Assembly (NCBI GenBank): GCA_947630875.1
Contig: CANRJG010000003.1
Location: forward strand, 6,024-70,023
Reading direction: 5' to 3'
Source: an uncultured Lachnospiraceae bacterium
Lineage (GTDB): Bacteria > Bacillota > Clostridia > Lachnospirales > Lachnospiraceae
DNA length: 64,000 nucleotides
A program made the translations under genes and the position numbers. Under the pieces are notes generated by a model, which ran no database searches, had not been told where the DNA came from, and was given only the letters and a program-made list of their open reading frames with translations. Of this stretch, positions 55,923 through 64,000 are shown piece by piece; the first letter of the stretch is position 1, and each line of letters opens with the position of its first letter.

Positions 55923-56855
55923 ATGGGAGAAAAGAAGGGCTTTTTCAGCAGACTGGCCAGAGGCCTGTCGAAAACAAGAGAAAATATCGTAAACGGCATC
56001 GACTCCATTTTCAAAGGATTTTCTTCAATCGACGACGACTTCTATGAAGAACTGGAGGAAATTCTGATCATGGGAGATATTGGCATCAAAACCACTTCCG
56101 TCATCATGGACCGGCTGAAACAGCAGGTGGATGCGCAGAAAATCAGGGAGCCGGAAGCGTGCAGAAATCTTCTGATCAGCATTATCAAAGAGATCATGAA
56201 GATGCCGGAAGACGCATACCGGTTTGAAGAAGGTCCTTCCGTGGTGCTGGCAGTGGGCGTCAACGGCGTCGGAAAAACCACCAGCATCGGCAAGCTGGCC
56301 TCCCGTTTAAAGGACGACGGCAAAAAGGTGATGCTGGCGGCGGCGGACACTTTCCGGGCAGCCGCCACGGAGCAGCTGCAGGAATGGGCGCAGCGGGCCG
56401 GGGTGGATATTGTTACAGCCGGTACGGGCGCGGACCCGGCGGCGGTGATCTACGACGCCATTGCTTCCGCCAAATCGAAGCAGGCGGATATCCTGCTGGC
56501 GGATACTGCCGGCAGGCTGCACAATAAAAAGAACCTGATGCAGGAACTTGCCAAGATCAACCGGATCATCAGCACGGAATATCCGGAGGCAGAAAAAGAA
56601 GTGCTGTTGGTACTGGACGCTTCCCTTGGCCAGAATTCGCTGGTACAGGCAAAGGAATTCAGCCAGGTGACCCATCTGACCGGCATCATTCTGACCAAGC
56701 TGGACGGAACTTCCAAAGGCGGTATTGCGGTAGCAATCCAGTCGGAGATGAATATTCCTGTGAAATATATCGGCGTCGGAGAAACGGTGGAGGATTTGGA
56801 AAAATTCGATCCGGACGAATTTGTAGAGGCGCTGTTTGATTGGAGCAAAGCATGA
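55923..56855 (+). CDS. ftsY: signal recognition particle receptor FtsY
   Basis: GVNGVGKTT, DTAGRL and TKLDGT.KGG motifs. Confidence 0.9.
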   Translation: MGEKKGFFSRLARGLSKTRENIVNGIDSIFKGFSSIDDDFYEELEEILIMGDIGIKTTSVIMDRLKQQVDAQKIREPEACRNLLISIIKEIMKMPEDAYRFEEGPSVVLAVGVNGVGKTTSIGKLASRLKDDGKKVMLAAADTFRAAATEQLQEWAQRAGVDIVTAGTGADPAAVIYDAIASAKSKQADILLADTAGRLHNKKNLMQELAKINRIISTEYPEAEKEVLLVLDASLGQNSLVQAKEFSQVTHLTGIILTKLDGTSKGGIAVAIQSEMNIPVKYIGVGETVEDLEKFDPDEFVEALFDWSKA

Positions 56856-57784
56856 AATACATTTACGGCATCGATATCGGCGGTACCTTTGTCAAGCTGG
56901 GCCGGTTTGATGAAACAGGCACGCTATTGGAAAAGTGGCAGCTGCCGGTGGACGCCTCCAAGTACGCGGAACGAATGGCGCCCTATGTGGCCGGCGCCGT
57001 GCTGGTAGACATGGAACGTATGGGTATCTCTGAAGAAGAGGTGGCCGGCATCGGTATCGGCTGTCCCGGAACCATTGACGAAAAAGGCGTGATCCACGGC
57101 GCGGAAAATCTGCAGCTGGATCAGATTTCCGTGACCGGCAGTATGCGGCGCTTTCTGCCGATGGAAATCCGCATGGAAAATGACGCTAACTGCGCCGCGC
57201 TGGGAGAATATATTTTCGGAGAGGGTAAGGCATATGACTCCATGGCCTTTCTGACCCTGGGAACCGGCGTAGGCGGCGGTATCATTGTAGGTGGCAGACT
57301 GCTGACCGGCGCTCACCGCTGCGCCGCGGAATTCGGACATATGCAGGTGGACGAGGCGGAAAGTGTGCCCTGCAGCTGCGGACGGTACGGCTGTCTGGAA
57401 CAGTATTGTTCCGCCCGGGGGATTACCCGGATGTCGGGGGGATACAGCCCGGTGGAAATCTTTACGGCCATGCAGTACATTGACCAGACCACGGAACCGC
57501 TGAAATCCGCCGCCCTTCGTACCTATGAACGGTTCAGCGAAAAACTGGCGAAGGGCTGTGCGCTGATTGCGGACGTGGCGGACCCCGCGGTGTTTGTCAT
57601 CGGCGGCGGCGTCTCCAATGCGGGAGACGTGGTGGTAAAGCGGGCCCGGGAACTTTATCAGACCTTTGTCTATCCGGAAGCGAAAGATACGGAAATACGG
57701 ATTTCAAAACTGAAAAACGACGCCGGTATTTACGGCGCGGCGGCGCTGATCGGCGGTTTTTCCGAAAAGAATGGGAAGGTGTAA
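56852..57784 (+). CDS. ROK family sugar kinase (glucokinase-like)
   Basis: GIDIGGT, NDAN.AALGE, GTG.GGG and the zinc motif C.CGR.GCLE. Confidence 0.8.
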   Translation: MKYIYGIDIGGTFVKLGRFDETGTLLEKWQLPVDASKYAERMAPYVAGAVLVDMERMGISEEEVAGIGIGCPGTIDEKGVIHGAENLQLDQISVTGSMRRFLPMEIRMENDANCAALGEYIFGEGKAYDSMAFLTLGTGVGGGIIVGGRLLTGAHRCAAEFGHMQVDEAESVPCSCGRYGCLEQYCSARGITRMSGGYSPVEIFTAMQYIDQTTEPLKSAALRTYERFSEKLAKGCALIADVADPAVFVIGGGVSNAGDVVVKRARELYQTFVYPEAKDTEIRISKLKNDAGIYGAAALIGGFSEKNGKV

Positions 57785-57795
57785 AGTTTTTTTGC

Positions 57796-57824
57796 TTGAC
57801 ACCTTCTTTTTTTTATTGTAATAT
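57796..57824 (+). promoter_or_regulatory. putative sigma-A promoter of ylxM-ffh
   Basis: TTGACA (57796-57801), 17-nt spacer, TAATAT (57819-57824). Confidence 0.5.
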
Positions 57825-57841
57825 CGTACAGGTGAATCGAA

Positions 57842-58186
57842 ATGGATGAGATTTTACATCAGTCGCTGCTGTATGATTTTTACGGTGAGCTGCTGAATGA
57901 AAATCAGAAAAAAATATACGAGATGTATGTATTTGAAAACCTCTCTCTGGCGGAAATCGCGGAGGCACGGGGCATATCGAGGCAGGGCGTGTTTGAGACT
58001 TTCAAGCGCTGCAGCGGGATTCTGGAACATTACGAGGAAAAGCTGCATATGGTGGCGCAGTATCGGATGCTGGAAGATAAGCTTTCGGAACTGAAACGCA
58101 CGCTGCAGGCCTACCGGAAAGATAAAGACGAAGCGCGTCTTTCCTTCGTGGAATCGGAAATTGACAGGATATGCAATGAATTGTAA
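57842..58186 (+). CDS. ylxM: YlxM/UPF0122 putative DNA-binding protein
   Basis: LYDFYG.LL...Q and LSL.EIAE...ISRQ.V motifs. Conserved position just upstream of ffh. Confidence 0.8.
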   Translation: MDEILHQSLLYDFYGELLNENQKKIYEMYVFENLSLAEIAEARGISRQGVFETFKRCSGILEHYEEKLHMVAQYRMLEDKLSELKRTLQAYRKDKDEARLSFVESEIDRICNEL

Positions 58187-58195
58187 GAGGGAATT

Positions 58196-59551
58196 ATGGC
58201 ATTTGAGAGTCTGAGCGAAAAGCTGCAGAACGTATTTAAAAATTTAAGAGGCAAGGGAAAGCTGTCCGAAGCCGACGTAAAGCTGGCGATGAAGGAAGTC
58301 AAGATTGCCCTGCTGGAAGCGGACGTCAGCTTTAAGGTTGTGAAGGACTTCATTAAATCCGTCACCGAAAAGGCGGTGGGGGAGGAAGTGCTGAACGGAC
58401 TGAATCCCGCCCAGATGGTCATCAAGATCGTCCGGGACGAGATGACCCAGCTCATGGGCGCGTCGCCGGTGGAACTGGAACTTCGGCCGGACTTTCATAT
58501 CATTATGATGGCGGGCCTGCAGGGCGCCGGCAAGACTACCACGGCGGCAAAGCTGGCCGTAAAATATACGAAAAAGGGCAAACGGGTACTGATGATTGCC
58601 TGCGACGTATACCGGCCCGCAGCCATCAAACAGCTGCAGGTGCTGGGCGAGGCCAATCGGATCGAGGTATTTTCCATGGGCAGCCAGAAGGATCCGGTGG
58701 ATATCGCAAAGGCCGGCGTGGAGCACGCAAAGAAAAACGGCTTCAATCTGGTGCTGATCGATACGGCGGGACGGCTGCAGATCGATGAGACGCTGATGCA
58801 GGAGCTGCAGCGGATTCAGGAAGCCGTAGCCGTTGACGATACGATCCTGGTGGTGGACGCCATGATCGGTCAGGATTCCGTCAATGTGGCGAAAACCTTT
58901 GATGAACGGCTGTCCATCAGCGGCGTGATTCTGACGAAAATGGACGGCGACGCCAGAGGCGGCGCGGCCCTGTCTGTCAGAAAGGTGACGGATAAACCGG
59001 TGCTGTTTGCGGCCATGGGAGAAAAAGTTTCGGATCTGGAACTCTTTTATCCGGACCGCATTGCCTCCCGTATCCTGGGGATGGGCGACGTGCTTACGCT
59101 GATCGACAAGGTAAGCGATGAGTACGATGCGCAGAAGGCAAAGGAACTGACCCGGAAGATTCAGAAAGCCGCTTTCGGTTTTGACGATTTTCTGGATCAG
59201 ATGAATCAGATGAAAAAAATGGGTGGGATCGGAAGCCTTTTGTCCATGCTGCCGGGCAATCTGAATACGGCGGATATTCAATCCCAGGTGGACGATAAGC
59301 AGATGGGCAGGATCGAAGCCATCATTCTTTCCATGACCCCTGCGGAGCGGGCCAATCCTGATCTGTTAAATCCGTCCAGAAAGAAGCGGATCGCCGCCGG
59401 CGCAGGCGTGGAAATTCAGGATGTCAACCGTCTCTGTAAGCAGTTTGAGCAGGTGCGCAAGATGATGAAACAGCTCCCCGGCATGATGAACGGCAGGGGC
59501 GGCAAACGGGGCATGTTCGGGAAAAAGAACGCGTTTCCGTTTTCCTTTTAA
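58196..59551 (+). CDS. ffh: signal recognition particle protein Ffh
   Basis: GLQGAGKTTT, DTAGRL, TK.DGDARGGAALS and a Met-rich M domain. Confidence 0.95.
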   Translation: MAFESLSEKLQNVFKNLRGKGKLSEADVKLAMKEVKIALLEADVSFKVVKDFIKSVTEKAVGEEVLNGLNPAQMVIKIVRDEMTQLMGASPVELELRPDFHIIMMAGLQGAGKTTTAAKLAVKYTKKGKRVLMIACDVYRPAAIKQLQVLGEANRIEVFSMGSQKDPVDIAKAGVEHAKKNGFNLVLIDTAGRLQIDETLMQELQRIQEAVAVDDTILVVDAMIGQDSVNVAKTFDERLSISGVILTKMDGDARGGAALSVRKVTDKPVLFAAMGEKVSDLELFYPDRIASRILGMGDVLTLIDKVSDEYDAQKAKELTRKIQKAAFGFDDFLDQMNQMKKMGGIGSLLSMLPGNLNTADIQSQVDDKQMGRIEAIILSMTPAERANPDLLNPSRKKRIAAGAGVEIQDVNRLCKQFEQVRKMMKQLPGMMNGRGGKRGMFGKKNAFPFSF

Positions 59552-59647
59552 ACAAACGTGTACAGTCTCCTGTTTCGATTTCTGATCAAAAAGAAGCAGT
59601 GGATATAAAGAAAAAAGTAAGGTATTTATACAAGGAGGAAATGAAAA

Positions 59648-59890
59648 ATGGCTGTAAAAATGAGATTAAGGAGAATGGGTAAGAAAAAATATCCTGTATA
59701 CAGGATTGTAGTGGCGGATTCCAGATCCCCCAGAGACGGCAGATTTATTGAGGAAATCGGTACCTACAATCCCAATATGGATCCCAGCGAATTTAAGATT
59801 GACGAAGAAGCGGCAAAGAAGTGGCTGGCCAACGGCGCGCAGCCGACGGAAGTCGTAGATAAGCTGTTAAAGATCGCGGGCATCCGGTAA
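59648..59890 (+). CDS. rpsP: 30S ribosomal protein S16
   Basis: [32 protein letters not shown]. Confidence 0.9.
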   Translation: MAVKMRLRRMGKKKYPVYRIVVADSRSPRDGRFIEEIGTYNPNMDPSEFKIDEEAAKKWLANGAQPTEVVDKLLKIAGIR

Positions 59891-59902
59891 TCGGAGGACA
59901 TT

Positions 59903-60130
59903 ATGAAAGAATTATTGGAAGTTATCGCAAAAAATCTGGTAGATCATCCGGAAGCCGTCGTAGTGACGGAAAAGCAGGAAGAAAAAGGCATTTGTCTGGA
60001 GTTGAAGGTCGCGCCTGAAGATATGGGCAAAGTGATCGGAAAAGACGGACGTATTGCGAAAGCGATCCGGACCGTGGTAAAGGCGGCGTCCTTTAAAGAA
60101 GATTCAAAGGTTTTTGTGGACATTGCGTAA
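59903..60130 (+). CDS. KH domain RNA-binding protein (YlqC-like)
   Basis: 75 aa. The GKVIGK.GR.A.A.RT motif. Conserved position between rpsP and rimM. Confidence 0.8.
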   Translation: MKELLEVIAKNLVDHPEAVVVTEKQEEKGICLELKVAPEDMGKVIGKDGRIAKAIRTVVKAASFKEDSKVFVDIA

Positions 60131-60141
60131 GTACGATCAGG

Positions 60142-60177
60142 AAAGCTGCTGCAGGATACAGCAGCTTTTCTGATTTT
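60142..60177 (+). terminator. hairpin plus U-rich tail between the KH gene and rimM
   Basis: aaagctgctg-caggata-cagcagcttt, a perfect 10-bp stem, then tctgatttt. Confidence 0.45.
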
Positions 60178-60210
60178 ACCTATTTATTTATACAAGTAGG
60201 AGGGATACGG

Positions 60211-60726
60211 ATGCAGCAGGCATATTTGCAGGTGGGCGCGGTCACCGCCACCCATGGGATCCGGGGTGAAGTGAAGGTTTTTCCCACTACAGACGACAGC
60301 GGACGGTTTAAGAAGCTGAAAGAAGTGCTGGTGGAAAAGGACAAAGATTTCGAAACGCTTCATATCCGTAGCGTCCGGTTCATGAAAAATCTGGTGCTGC
60401 TTTCCTTTCAGGAATATGACAATATCAATCAGGTGGAATATCTGAAGGGAAAAAAACTGTTTGTTCCGCGGAAAGACGCGGTGGCGCTGGAAGAAAACGA
60501 ATATTTTATCTCTGAACTGCTGGGGTTGCATGTCTGTGATGAAGAGAACCGGCCGCTGGGCGTGCTGCAGGACGTGATAACCACCGGCGCCAACGACGTC
60601 TATGTGGTACGGGAAGCTTCCGGAAAAGATCTGCTGATTCCGGCCATTGCGGACTGTATTCGAAACGTAGATATCGCCCGGGGCACCATGACGGTGCATC
60701 TTTTGGACGGCCTGCGGGATCTGTAA
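60211..60726 (+). CDS. rimM: 16S rRNA processing protein RimM
   Basis: G.....HGIRGEVKV and the PRC-barrel C-terminus. Confidence 0.85.
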   Translation: MQQAYLQVGAVTATHGIRGEVKVFPTTDDSGRFKKLKEVLVEKDKDFETLHIRSVRFMKNLVLLSFQEYDNINQVEYLKGKKLFVPRKDAVALEENEYFISELLGLHVCDEENRPLGVLQDVITTGANDVYVVREASGKDLLIPAIADCIRNVDIARGTMTVHLLDGLRDL

Positions 60727-60735
60727 GAGGTGCTT

Positions 60736-61467
60736 ATGAAATTTCATGTAATGACACTGTTTCCGGAAATGGTGGAACAGGCCTTTCACAACAGCATCAT
60801 GAAACGGGCAGCGGAGCAGGGGCTCATCAGCCTCGAAACTGTAAACATCCGGGACTATACCCTGAACCAGCACGGCAAGGTGGATGATTATCCCTATGGC
60901 GGCGGCGCGGGGATGCTGATGCAGGCGCAGCCGGTGTATGACTGCTATCAGGCGGTGGCCCGCGGATTAAAGGAGAAGACCCGGGTCATTTATCTGTCGC
61001 CCAGGGGTCGGGTGTTTCACCAGGGACTGGCAAAGGAACTGGCGGCAGAGGAGGAACTGGTCTTTCTCTGCGGACATTATGAAGGCGTGGATCAGCGGGT
61101 ACTGGATGAGATCGTGACGGATGAGATTTCCATTGGCGACTATGTGCTGACTGGCGGAGAAATCGCGGCGGTGGTGGTCATGGACGCGGTGGCGCGGCTG
61201 GTGCCGGGGGTTTTGTCCAACGAGGCGTCCGCATCGGAGGAAAGCCATGAGGGGCATCTGCTGGAATATCCGCAGTATTCCCGGCCGGAGGTCTGGCGGG
61301 ACAAACAAGTACCGGAAGTCCTGCTTTCGGGACACCATGAAAATATCCGGAAATGGCGCAGGGAACAGTCCGTGATCGCTACGGCACGGCAGCGTCCGGA
61401 CCTGCTGGCAGCGGCGGATCTCAGCGAAGAAGAAAAAAAACTTGCAAAACAATATATCCTGTGCTAG
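60736..61467 (+). CDS. trmD: tRNA (guanine37-N1)-methyltransferase
   Basis: TLFPEM, DDYPYGGG.GM, L.CG.YEG.D.R, GDYVL.GGE and P.VL.SG.H..I..WR motifs. Confidence 0.9.
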   Translation: MKFHVMTLFPEMVEQAFHNSIMKRAAEQGLISLETVNIRDYTLNQHGKVDDYPYGGGAGMLMQAQPVYDCYQAVARGLKEKTRVIYLSPRGRVFHQGLAKELAAEEELVFLCGHYEGVDQRVLDEIVTDEISIGDYVLTGGEIAAVVVMDAVARLVPGVLSNEASASEESHEGHLLEYPQYSRPEVWRDKQVPEVLLSGHHENIRKWRREQSVIATARQRPDLLAAADLSEEEKKLAKQYILC

Positions 61468-61476
61468 TATAGCTGA

Positions 61477-61560
61477 GGTAACGGCACGCGCGCCCTTTCA
61501 GGGCACACCTGCCAAGTCGTCGGAAGGCATTCCAGTTATGCTTCGCATAAGCCTTCCGAC
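61477..61560 (-). repeat. two-hairpin intergenic repeat element, copy 2 (inverted relative to copy 1)
   Basis: The reverse complement reads gtcggaaggc...gccttccgacgacttggcaggtgtgccc-tgaaa-gggcgcgcgtgccgttacc and aligns along the whole length of 7073-7150. Confidence 0.75.
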
Positions 61561-61663
61561 TCAAGTACGACTGCCGGATGCAGCCGAAATATTAAGATAG
61601 TCCGCTGGTATGCAAATGACTGCGTTTTGTATATTATGAATGTCCGAAAATCAAGGAGGAACG

Positions 61664-62011
61664 ATGATGAACGATATTATCCGTAAAATCGAAGCAGAGC
61701 AGTGCAAAGAAACCATTCCGCAGTTTCAGGTAGGCGATACCGTTAAGGTATACGCGAAGATCAAAGAGGGCAACAGAGAAAGAACCCAGATGTTTGAAGG
61801 CATCGTGATCAAAAAACAGGGCGGAAGCAACAGGGCAACCTTTACGGTTCGGAAAAATTCCAACGGCGTCGGCGTAGAAAAGACCTGGCCGATCCATTCT
61901 CCCCACATTGAAAAGGTGGATGTGATCCGCAGAGGTAAGGTTCGCCGGGCGAAGTTATATTACTTGCGCGACCGTGTAGGCAAGAAAGCCAAAGTAAAAG
62001 AGCGTATCTGA
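61664..62011 (+). CDS. rplS: 50S ribosomal protein L19
   Basis: F.VGDTV.V..KI.EG.RER.Q.FEG.VI and R.AKLYYLR motifs. ATG at 61667 is an equally possible start. Confidence 0.9.
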   Translation: MMNDIIRKIEAEQCKETIPQFQVGDTVKVYAKIKEGNRERTQMFEGIVIKKQGGSNRATFTVRKNSNGVGVEKTWPIHSPHIEKVDVIRRGKVRRAKLYYLRDRVGKKAKVKERI

Positions 62012-62015
62012 GAAA

Positions 62016-62046
62016 AAAGGGCATACGAAGGTATGCCCTTTCATTT
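62016..62046 (+). terminator. intrinsic terminator after rplS
   Basis: aaagggcatac-gaag-gtatgcccttt, a perfect 11-bp stem. Confidence 0.65.
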
Positions 62047-62079
62047 ATCCGGGCAGTTAGAGAAATTAAGGAGACAGTG

Positions 62080-62934
62080 ATGAATATACAGTGGTACCCC
62101 GGTCATATGACCAAAGCGCGCAGGATGATCGAAGAAAATCTGAAGCTCATCGATCTGTTTATCGAACTTTTGGACGCCAGAGCGGTGGAAAGTTCCCAGA
62201 ATCCCGACATCGCTTCCATGGGCGCGCAGAAATACCGGCTGATTTTGCTGAACAAGGCAGATTTGGCCGACGATGCCTGCTGCCGGCAGTATCAGGAATA
62301 CTTTGCCGCGAAAAACACCGGGGTTTTGTGTCTGGATTCCAGAAATCCCAAGTCCGTGGCGGAAGTGAAAGCCATGATTCCGGAAATCTGCAGGGAAAAG
62401 ATTGAGCGGGACCGCCGCCGGGGTATTAAAAACCGGCCGGTGCGGGCCATGGTTTTAGGAATTCCCAACGTGGGAAAATCCACTTTTATCAATTCTTTTG
62501 TGGGCAGGGGCTGCGCAAAGACGGGAAACAAGCCCGGGGTCACGAAGGGAAAACAGTGGATCCGGATTGACAAAAACATTGAACTTTTGGATACGCCGGG
62601 GATTTTGTGGCCGAAATTCGAGTCGGAGGAGACCGGCATACATCTGGCTATGATCGGCTCCATCAATGACGACATCATACAACTGGAGGAGCTGGCAGTG
62701 CTTTTGCTGTCTTATCTGCAGCAGCGCTATCCGGCCCTTCTGGAGAAAAAATATAACATCAGCGTCTGTGAGAAACAGCCGGTGGAGCTGCTGGGGGAAA
62801 TTGCGGTCTTGCGCAACTGTCTGAAAGCCGGCGGCGCTCCCGATCTGCTGAAGGCGTCCCGGCTGCTGCTGGAGGATTTCCGCAGTGGGCGGATTGGAAA
62901 AATTTCTCTTGAATTTCCGTCCGGGAATCATTAA
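62080..62934 (+). CDS. rbgA: ribosome biogenesis GTPase A (YlqF)
   Basis: IQWYPGHM.KA. Circularly permuted GTPase motif order (NKADL ... GIPNVGKST ... DTPG). Confidence 0.9.
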   Translation: MNIQWYPGHMTKARRMIEENLKLIDLFIELLDARAVESSQNPDIASMGAQKYRLILLNKADLADDACCRQYQEYFAAKNTGVLCLDSRNPKSVAEVKAMIPEICREKIERDRRRGIKNRPVRAMVLGIPNVGKSTFINSFVGRGCAKTGNKPGVTKGKQWIRIDKNIELLDTPGILWPKFESEETGIHLAMIGSINDDIIQLEELAVLLLSYLQQRYPALLEKKYNISVCEKQPVELLGEIAVLRNCLKAGGAPDLLKASRLLLEDFRSGRIGKISLEFPSGNH

Positions 62935-62968
62935 AATCTTGAATAGAACACAGGCGGGAGCAGACGGA

Positions 62969-63748
62969 ATGGAAAAAAGCATTGCGGAGATCAAAAATGA
63001 ATTAAAGGCAGCATCTGCGGAAGAGCTGCCTTCTTTTATCTCGCGCTACGAAGGGGACGAAAGAAAGGGCGTGCAGGCTGCCGTGGCAGCGGCCAGAAAG
63101 CGGCTGCAAAAGCTGGAGGCGGAAAAAGCGCGCATGTTGGAAATGTATACCTTTGAGCGGCAGTACAGCGACTGCGGACTGATCTGCGGCATCGACGAGG
63201 CGGGCAGAGGCCCGCTGGCAGGACCGGTGGTGGCAGGGGCTGTGATTTTGCCCAAAGACTGTGATATTCTGTATCTGAATGATTCCAAGCAGTTAAGCGC
63301 CGCCCGCAGAGAGGCGCTGTATGAGGAGATCTGCGCAAAGGCGGTCAGCTGGGCCGTGGGCTGTGTCAGCCATGAAAGAATCGATGAAATCAATATCCTG
63401 CAGGCCACCTACGAAGCGATGCGGCTGGCCATTCAGGGATTAAAGGTAACGCCGGATCTGCTGCTCAACGATGCGGTGCGGATTCCGCAGGTGCCTATCC
63501 GGCAGCTGCCCATTATCAAAGGAGACGCAAGGAGCGCCTCCATTGCGGCGGCCAGCATTGTAGCGAAGGTCACAAGGGACCGGATGATGCTTGCATATGA
63601 TGCATGTTATCCGGAATACGGATTTGCCATTCACAAGGGATACGGAACGGCGGCCCATATCGAGGCGATTCGAACTTTGGGTCCCTGTCCCATTCACAGG
63701 AAGAGTTTTATACAGCATTTTACGGAAGGTGCACCTTTTGGAAAATAA
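62969..63748 (+). CDS. rnhB: ribonuclease HII
   Basis: GIDEAGRGPLAGPVV, DSK.L and GDA...SIAAASI.AKV.RD motifs. Firmicutes-type N-terminal extension. Confidence 0.9.
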   Translation: MEKSIAEIKNELKAASAEELPSFISRYEGDERKGVQAAVAAARKRLQKLEAEKARMLEMYTFERQYSDCGLICGIDEAGRGPLAGPVVAGAVILPKDCDILYLNDSKQLSAARREALYEEICAKAVSWAVGCVSHERIDEINILQATYEAMRLAIQGLKVTPDLLLNDAVRIPQVPIRQLPIIKGDARSASIAAASIVAKVTRDRMMLAYDACYPEYGFAIHKGYGTAAHIEAIRTLGPCPIHRKSFIQHFTEGAPFGK

Positions 63749-64000
63749 CAGAACCAAGGGCCGCCTGTACGAAGAAAAGGCGGCGGACTATCTGACGGCG
63801 GAAGGCTGTGAGATTCTGGCGCGCAATGAACGTCTTTCCCGGTATGAGATCGATCTGATTGTCCGTGAAGGGGACGTGATTGTTTTTGTGGAAGTCAAAT
63901 ACAGGATGGATGAGGGCTTTGGCAGCGGACTGGAGGCGGTGGACGCGCGGAAGCGCAGCCGGATCCGGGCGGCGGCGAAAGAATATCTGTACCGGCACAG
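63738..64000 (+). CDS. YraN family (UPF0102) endonuclease-like protein, 3' end truncated by the window edge
   Basis: Frame read by hand: (L)ENNRTKGRLYEEKAADYL..EG..IL.RN......EIDLI....D.IVFVEVK.R. A TTG start overlaps the rnhB stop. Absent from the ORF track, which contains only ORFs that end in a stop codon inside the window. Confidence 0.6.
   Translation, partial: MENNRTKGRLYEEKAADYLTAEGCEILARNERLSRYEIDLIVREGDVIVFVEVKYRMDEGFGSGLEAVDARKRSRIRAAAKEYLYRH

Noticed and set aside
58244-59281. 345-aa minus-strand ORF
   Set aside because: It is antisense to ffh. There are no recognisable motifs, and the composition is typical of a shadow ORF.

Overview
The window looks like a chromosomal segment from a Gram-positive anaerobe of the Clostridia type. 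Three things support this. There is a complete rnfCDGEAB operon. There are two S11 DD-carboxypeptidases around scpAB, as in spore formers. There is a dockerin-tagged secreted protein, and the synteny pta-ackA / rpmF / plsX-acpP-rnc-smc-ftsY / ylxM-ffh-rpsP-KH-rimM-trmD-rplS-rbgA-rnhB-yraN is Firmicutes-like.

I call about 62 protein genes. All but seven are on the + strand, and most are housekeeping: an amino-acid ABC importer, aroB, an EF-G paralog, a P-type ATPase, icd, deoD-deoB, cmk-ispH-S1, Rnf, rhaA and tmcAL.

I saw no rRNA, tRNA, CRISPR array, transposase or integrase.

The parts worth a second look are:
1. A visibly AT-rich island at about 43.0-47.0 kb. It has a small secreted-protein gene broken by an in-frame TAA just after its signal peptide, then a translationally coupled lipoprotein, two ABC-2 permeases and an ATPase.
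2. A small toxin-antitoxin patch at 40.6-41.8 kb, bracketed by an imperfect direct repeat of the tmcAL 3' end.
3. A Na+-decarboxylase operon at 22.6-28.1 kb. It carries both a 12S-type and a 5S-type carboxyltransferase, and has an unusually structured 257-nt spacer with a perfect 20-bp hairpin and a 58-nt tandem duplication.
4. A two-hairpin intergenic repeat family with compensatory stem changes, at about 7.1, 48.1 and 61.5 kb.
5. A 12-Cys, 70-aa double-hydrophobic-segment protein next to a leaderless S8 protease, at 7.9-9.2 kb.

All family assignments come from reading the translations and recognising motifs. No database search was run. GC statements are by eye, not computed.
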